From positions 95,668,001 through 95,732,000 of the forward strand of contig NC_086108.1 of NCBI RefSeq assembly GCF_963921235.1: a stretch of DNA of 64,000 nt. Direction: 5' to 3'. The translations under genes and the position numbers were made by a program. Each line of letters opens with the position of its first letter. Position 1 is the first letter of the stretch. This document shows positions 60,974-64,000 of this stretch, in pieces. Under the pieces are notes generated by a model. The model did no database searches. It worked only from the letters and a program-made list of their open reading frames with translations, and was not told the DNA's origin. This stretch comes from Mobula hypostoma (lineage: Eukaryota).

Positions 60974-61180
60974 CGAGGAAATGTACAGATGCTGGAAATT
61001 CAAGCAACATACATCAAAGTTGCTGGTGAACGCAGCAGGTCAGGCAGCATCTCTAGGAAGAGGTACAGTCGACGTTTCGGGCCGAGACCCTTCGTCCTGA
61101 TGAAGGGTCTCGGCCCGAAACCTCGACTGTACCTCTTCCTAGAGATGCTGCCTGGCCTGCTGTGTTCACCAGCAACTTTG
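60974..61180. mobile_element. Young fold-back PLE pLTR element with 14-bp TSD
   Basis: AAGCATATATAACA at 60960-73 and 61181-94; ~80-bp near-perfect inverted arms centred on cttcgtc|ctgatgaag. Confidence 0.92.
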
Positions 61181-61599
61181 AAGCATATATAACAGTGTGC
61201 CACAGGAGAACACACATCAGAGTACAAAAGCCTGTTTTATTTTTTGTACATTATTATTGCACATTGATAAATTATTATGTATATTATTCTGTACTTTATT
61301 ACGAGTTAAGTCTGCACACTGCTCAGTTTGCTTTTAAGTGTTTCTGCTGTAACCGAAGAATTTCCCACTTGGGATCAATAAAGTGCTTATTATCTTTTTC
61401 AAATGTCTTTTTCATGATTACAAGACACTGCTAGATATTAAGAACTGCAAGTATTGCAGGCCTACCCCAGCGTCGTTGCTCGTTAGTGGAGGAGCTGGAC
61501 AGTGCAGATCGTGCTGCCTGCTACAGAACAGCATTGGAGATGGTGCCTGAAGGCGGTGTGCAGTCTGACAGCGAGAGATTGGCTTAGAAGTTTTTCTTG

Positions 61600-62080
61600 T
61601 GACTGCAAGACCCTGTTGGACATTGAGAATACTGCAAGACCAGTTCACTGGTTTACGGCAATACTGCCAGCGAGAGAGCTGTGTGGCCTCATAATCTACA
61701 AAGTGAGGGAACCATTTAAAGCTGACCACTTTACTGGCACTTTGATGGAGAAAAGCATTAAGTGAAAATTCATCTGAAAGGTGCGATAGGGTAGACAGAC
61801 AGAACCTTTTTCCCCTTGGTAGAAATGTCAAACAGGAGAGGACATGCTTTTGAGTAGGGAGGGGAGTTTAAAGGAGACGGGTGGGACAAGTTTTTTTTAT
61901 GCGGAGAGTGGTGGGTGTCCGGAAGGGGTAATGGAGGAAGGAGATGCGATTACAGCACTTAGTGAGGCTTTTAGACAGAAGGATGTGGATCCTGTGCAAA
62001 CAGAATAGACTTGGTTTAATTCGGCATTGTGTTCAGCACAGGCATCAAGGGACAGAATGCCCATTCTTGTTCTGTTCTAA
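61600..62080 (+). mobile_element. Degraded CR1 3' end
   Basis: gatagggtagacagacagaacctttttccc..agaggacatgc..gagagtggtgggtgtccggaa. Confidence 0.6.
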
Positions 62081-63321
62081 CTACTTCATCGTTGCTGCCC
62101 TCACACAGGGATATTGTGCAAGAATTTATACTTCTCAGCTTCTGAAGGAGCACGCATGTAGCTACGGGCCAAGTGTGCCCCTGCGATCTCAGGTTACAAG
62201 GGCTGTTCTTCGAAGGTCACTAGGGTGTAGAGATTGAGGACTCCTATTTGTGCAAGACTAAAGAGCCAGGGAACTTTTAAAAACTTGAATTGCACTTACT
62301 GTAGCTAACCTGCAATTAAAAGCAAAACAGCTCTAATTCCCTGGAGATGGTCTCACGCTAACCATCTAAATGCTGTCTGTTCAAATGCAAGGCCAAGTTT
62401 GACTACTTCGATTACATTGACAGGAAACCATAATTACATCATTTCCAATCCTCCAGCAGAATACATTATGTTAATGGTAACTTTATATACAAAGCATTTT
62501 AACACAAACTACATGTTATGATGCATTTAATACTGTTATTACTTGATTGCCTTTTTTAATAGCATAAATATCACGGCATTAGCACAGGCTGCCATAAAGC
62601 CTCACCCACAACTCATAACTGCATAACATACTTTAAAACAAAGGACGACATTCACCATACCGCACAATTAAAGCTTGCTTCCATCCTACAGATACTGGCA
62701 TCCTCAGAACAGTACATACTGCTGAATAATTGTTAAACAATCATCTGGATCCTTAGGGAGACTTCAACTTGCTTAGCGAGAGGAAATCGAGAAAACAAAT
62801 ATAACCAAAACTCAAAGGACAAAGATTGACGCTACCATAGGATACAGACAGAGACACAGACACAGAGAGAATACGATGAGCACTACAGTGCACTTATGGC
62901 TCTCCAGCCTTGCAAGGTGACAAAAATGAGCCAAATTGGTTCAGAAAATTGAACGGAACAGAAAAACTATAAAAAAGAGAAATCAAAGACCGAGCACAGA
63001 GAATGCCAACAATACTTCGCCACAGATCAGCCCCACATTATTCTTTGAATGCAACGACCAAGAAAATTCTTTTTGATCATCATGTTAAACCACATCCCAG
63101 CTAGATGCCCTGATAATACCACTGTCACTACCACTTGTGCAGAAAATCTGCTGAATTGAAGGTTACCCGTTTTTATGAACCAGCGTATATATAATACAAT
63201 TACACTTGCTCCTACAACAAAGATGACAGGACGGATTATTCACAGATGCAATTCTGCAGATGACTGAACTCCAACAGGAGTGGTTCACACCCCCCACCTC
63301 CACCCCATCGTTCGGACATCA

Positions 63322-63534
<213 letters not shown>

Positions 63535-64000
63535 TTACTCCCTCGGCTAATCAATGATGTCACTTGGTCTGCCTGGACAATTGTCTGGTGTACGGGTTTT
63601 TAAAAATAAAAGAGGCTCCGTCTGGTGCTCACAGAACAGCAAAGCAGAACTGAACGCGGACAACTGCAAGAGGGCAGAAATCACCATCTGTGATCCTTTT
63701 GCTTGCCACAGTGGTTAACCAATCATCAACGCCCTGCTATTTCCTGCTGGCACAAGGTCAAATTCTCTGAAGACACGTGAAGTGATCAATTCGTGCTGCA
63801 CATTTATCACTGGTGGAGAAAACAGCTGCACACAAGTCATTAAAGTTAGCTAATTAGATTTCCCTCTCTATAGATGGGAGGGAAGTTGGCTTTTTTTTAA
63901 AATGAAGAAATTATTAGAACTACATTAGTAAAAATGTCAAGTGCAGCAAGATCTACTGTTTCGAGACTGAATGTAGTGAAGAAGAATGAAAACTTGAAAA

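Overview
Eukaryotic (vertebrate) DNA. The repeat content (CR1 LINEs, V-SINEs, abundant Penelope-derived elements, Tc1, Rex1/Babar) suggests a cartilaginous fish, probably a ray (inference). Three spliced genes lie in the same order and orientation as I recall for human 1p22: the last 4 coding exons of GLMN (+, 5313-8494), a complete 5-exon SPO16/C1orf146 (-, 35973-24081, 168 aa) and the last 7 coding exons of BTBD8/KIAA1107 (APache; -, 63456-38404). All exon phases chain correctly with GT-AG sites. Gene and repeat identities come from recalled sequences and motifs, not database searches. Much of the rest is transposon-derived, including a ~12.5 kb nested CR1/Tc1/Penelope cluster between GLMN and SPO16. 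Highlights: (1) the only SPO16 exon 3 in the window sits inside a Penelope element that itself sits, with a TSD, inside a Tc1-derived MITE; (2) about 17 Penelope-terminal-repeat copies, several carrying a minimal hammerhead-ribozyme motif, many as TSD-flanked fold-back palindromes centred on the ribozyme; (3) a perfect RFX X-box beside an internal BTBD8 exon; (4) a DECR2-like pseudogene fragment in a GLMN intron; (5) a candidate in-frame cassette exon and an E-box/CRE promoter at SPO16. No CRISPR or prokaryotic features.
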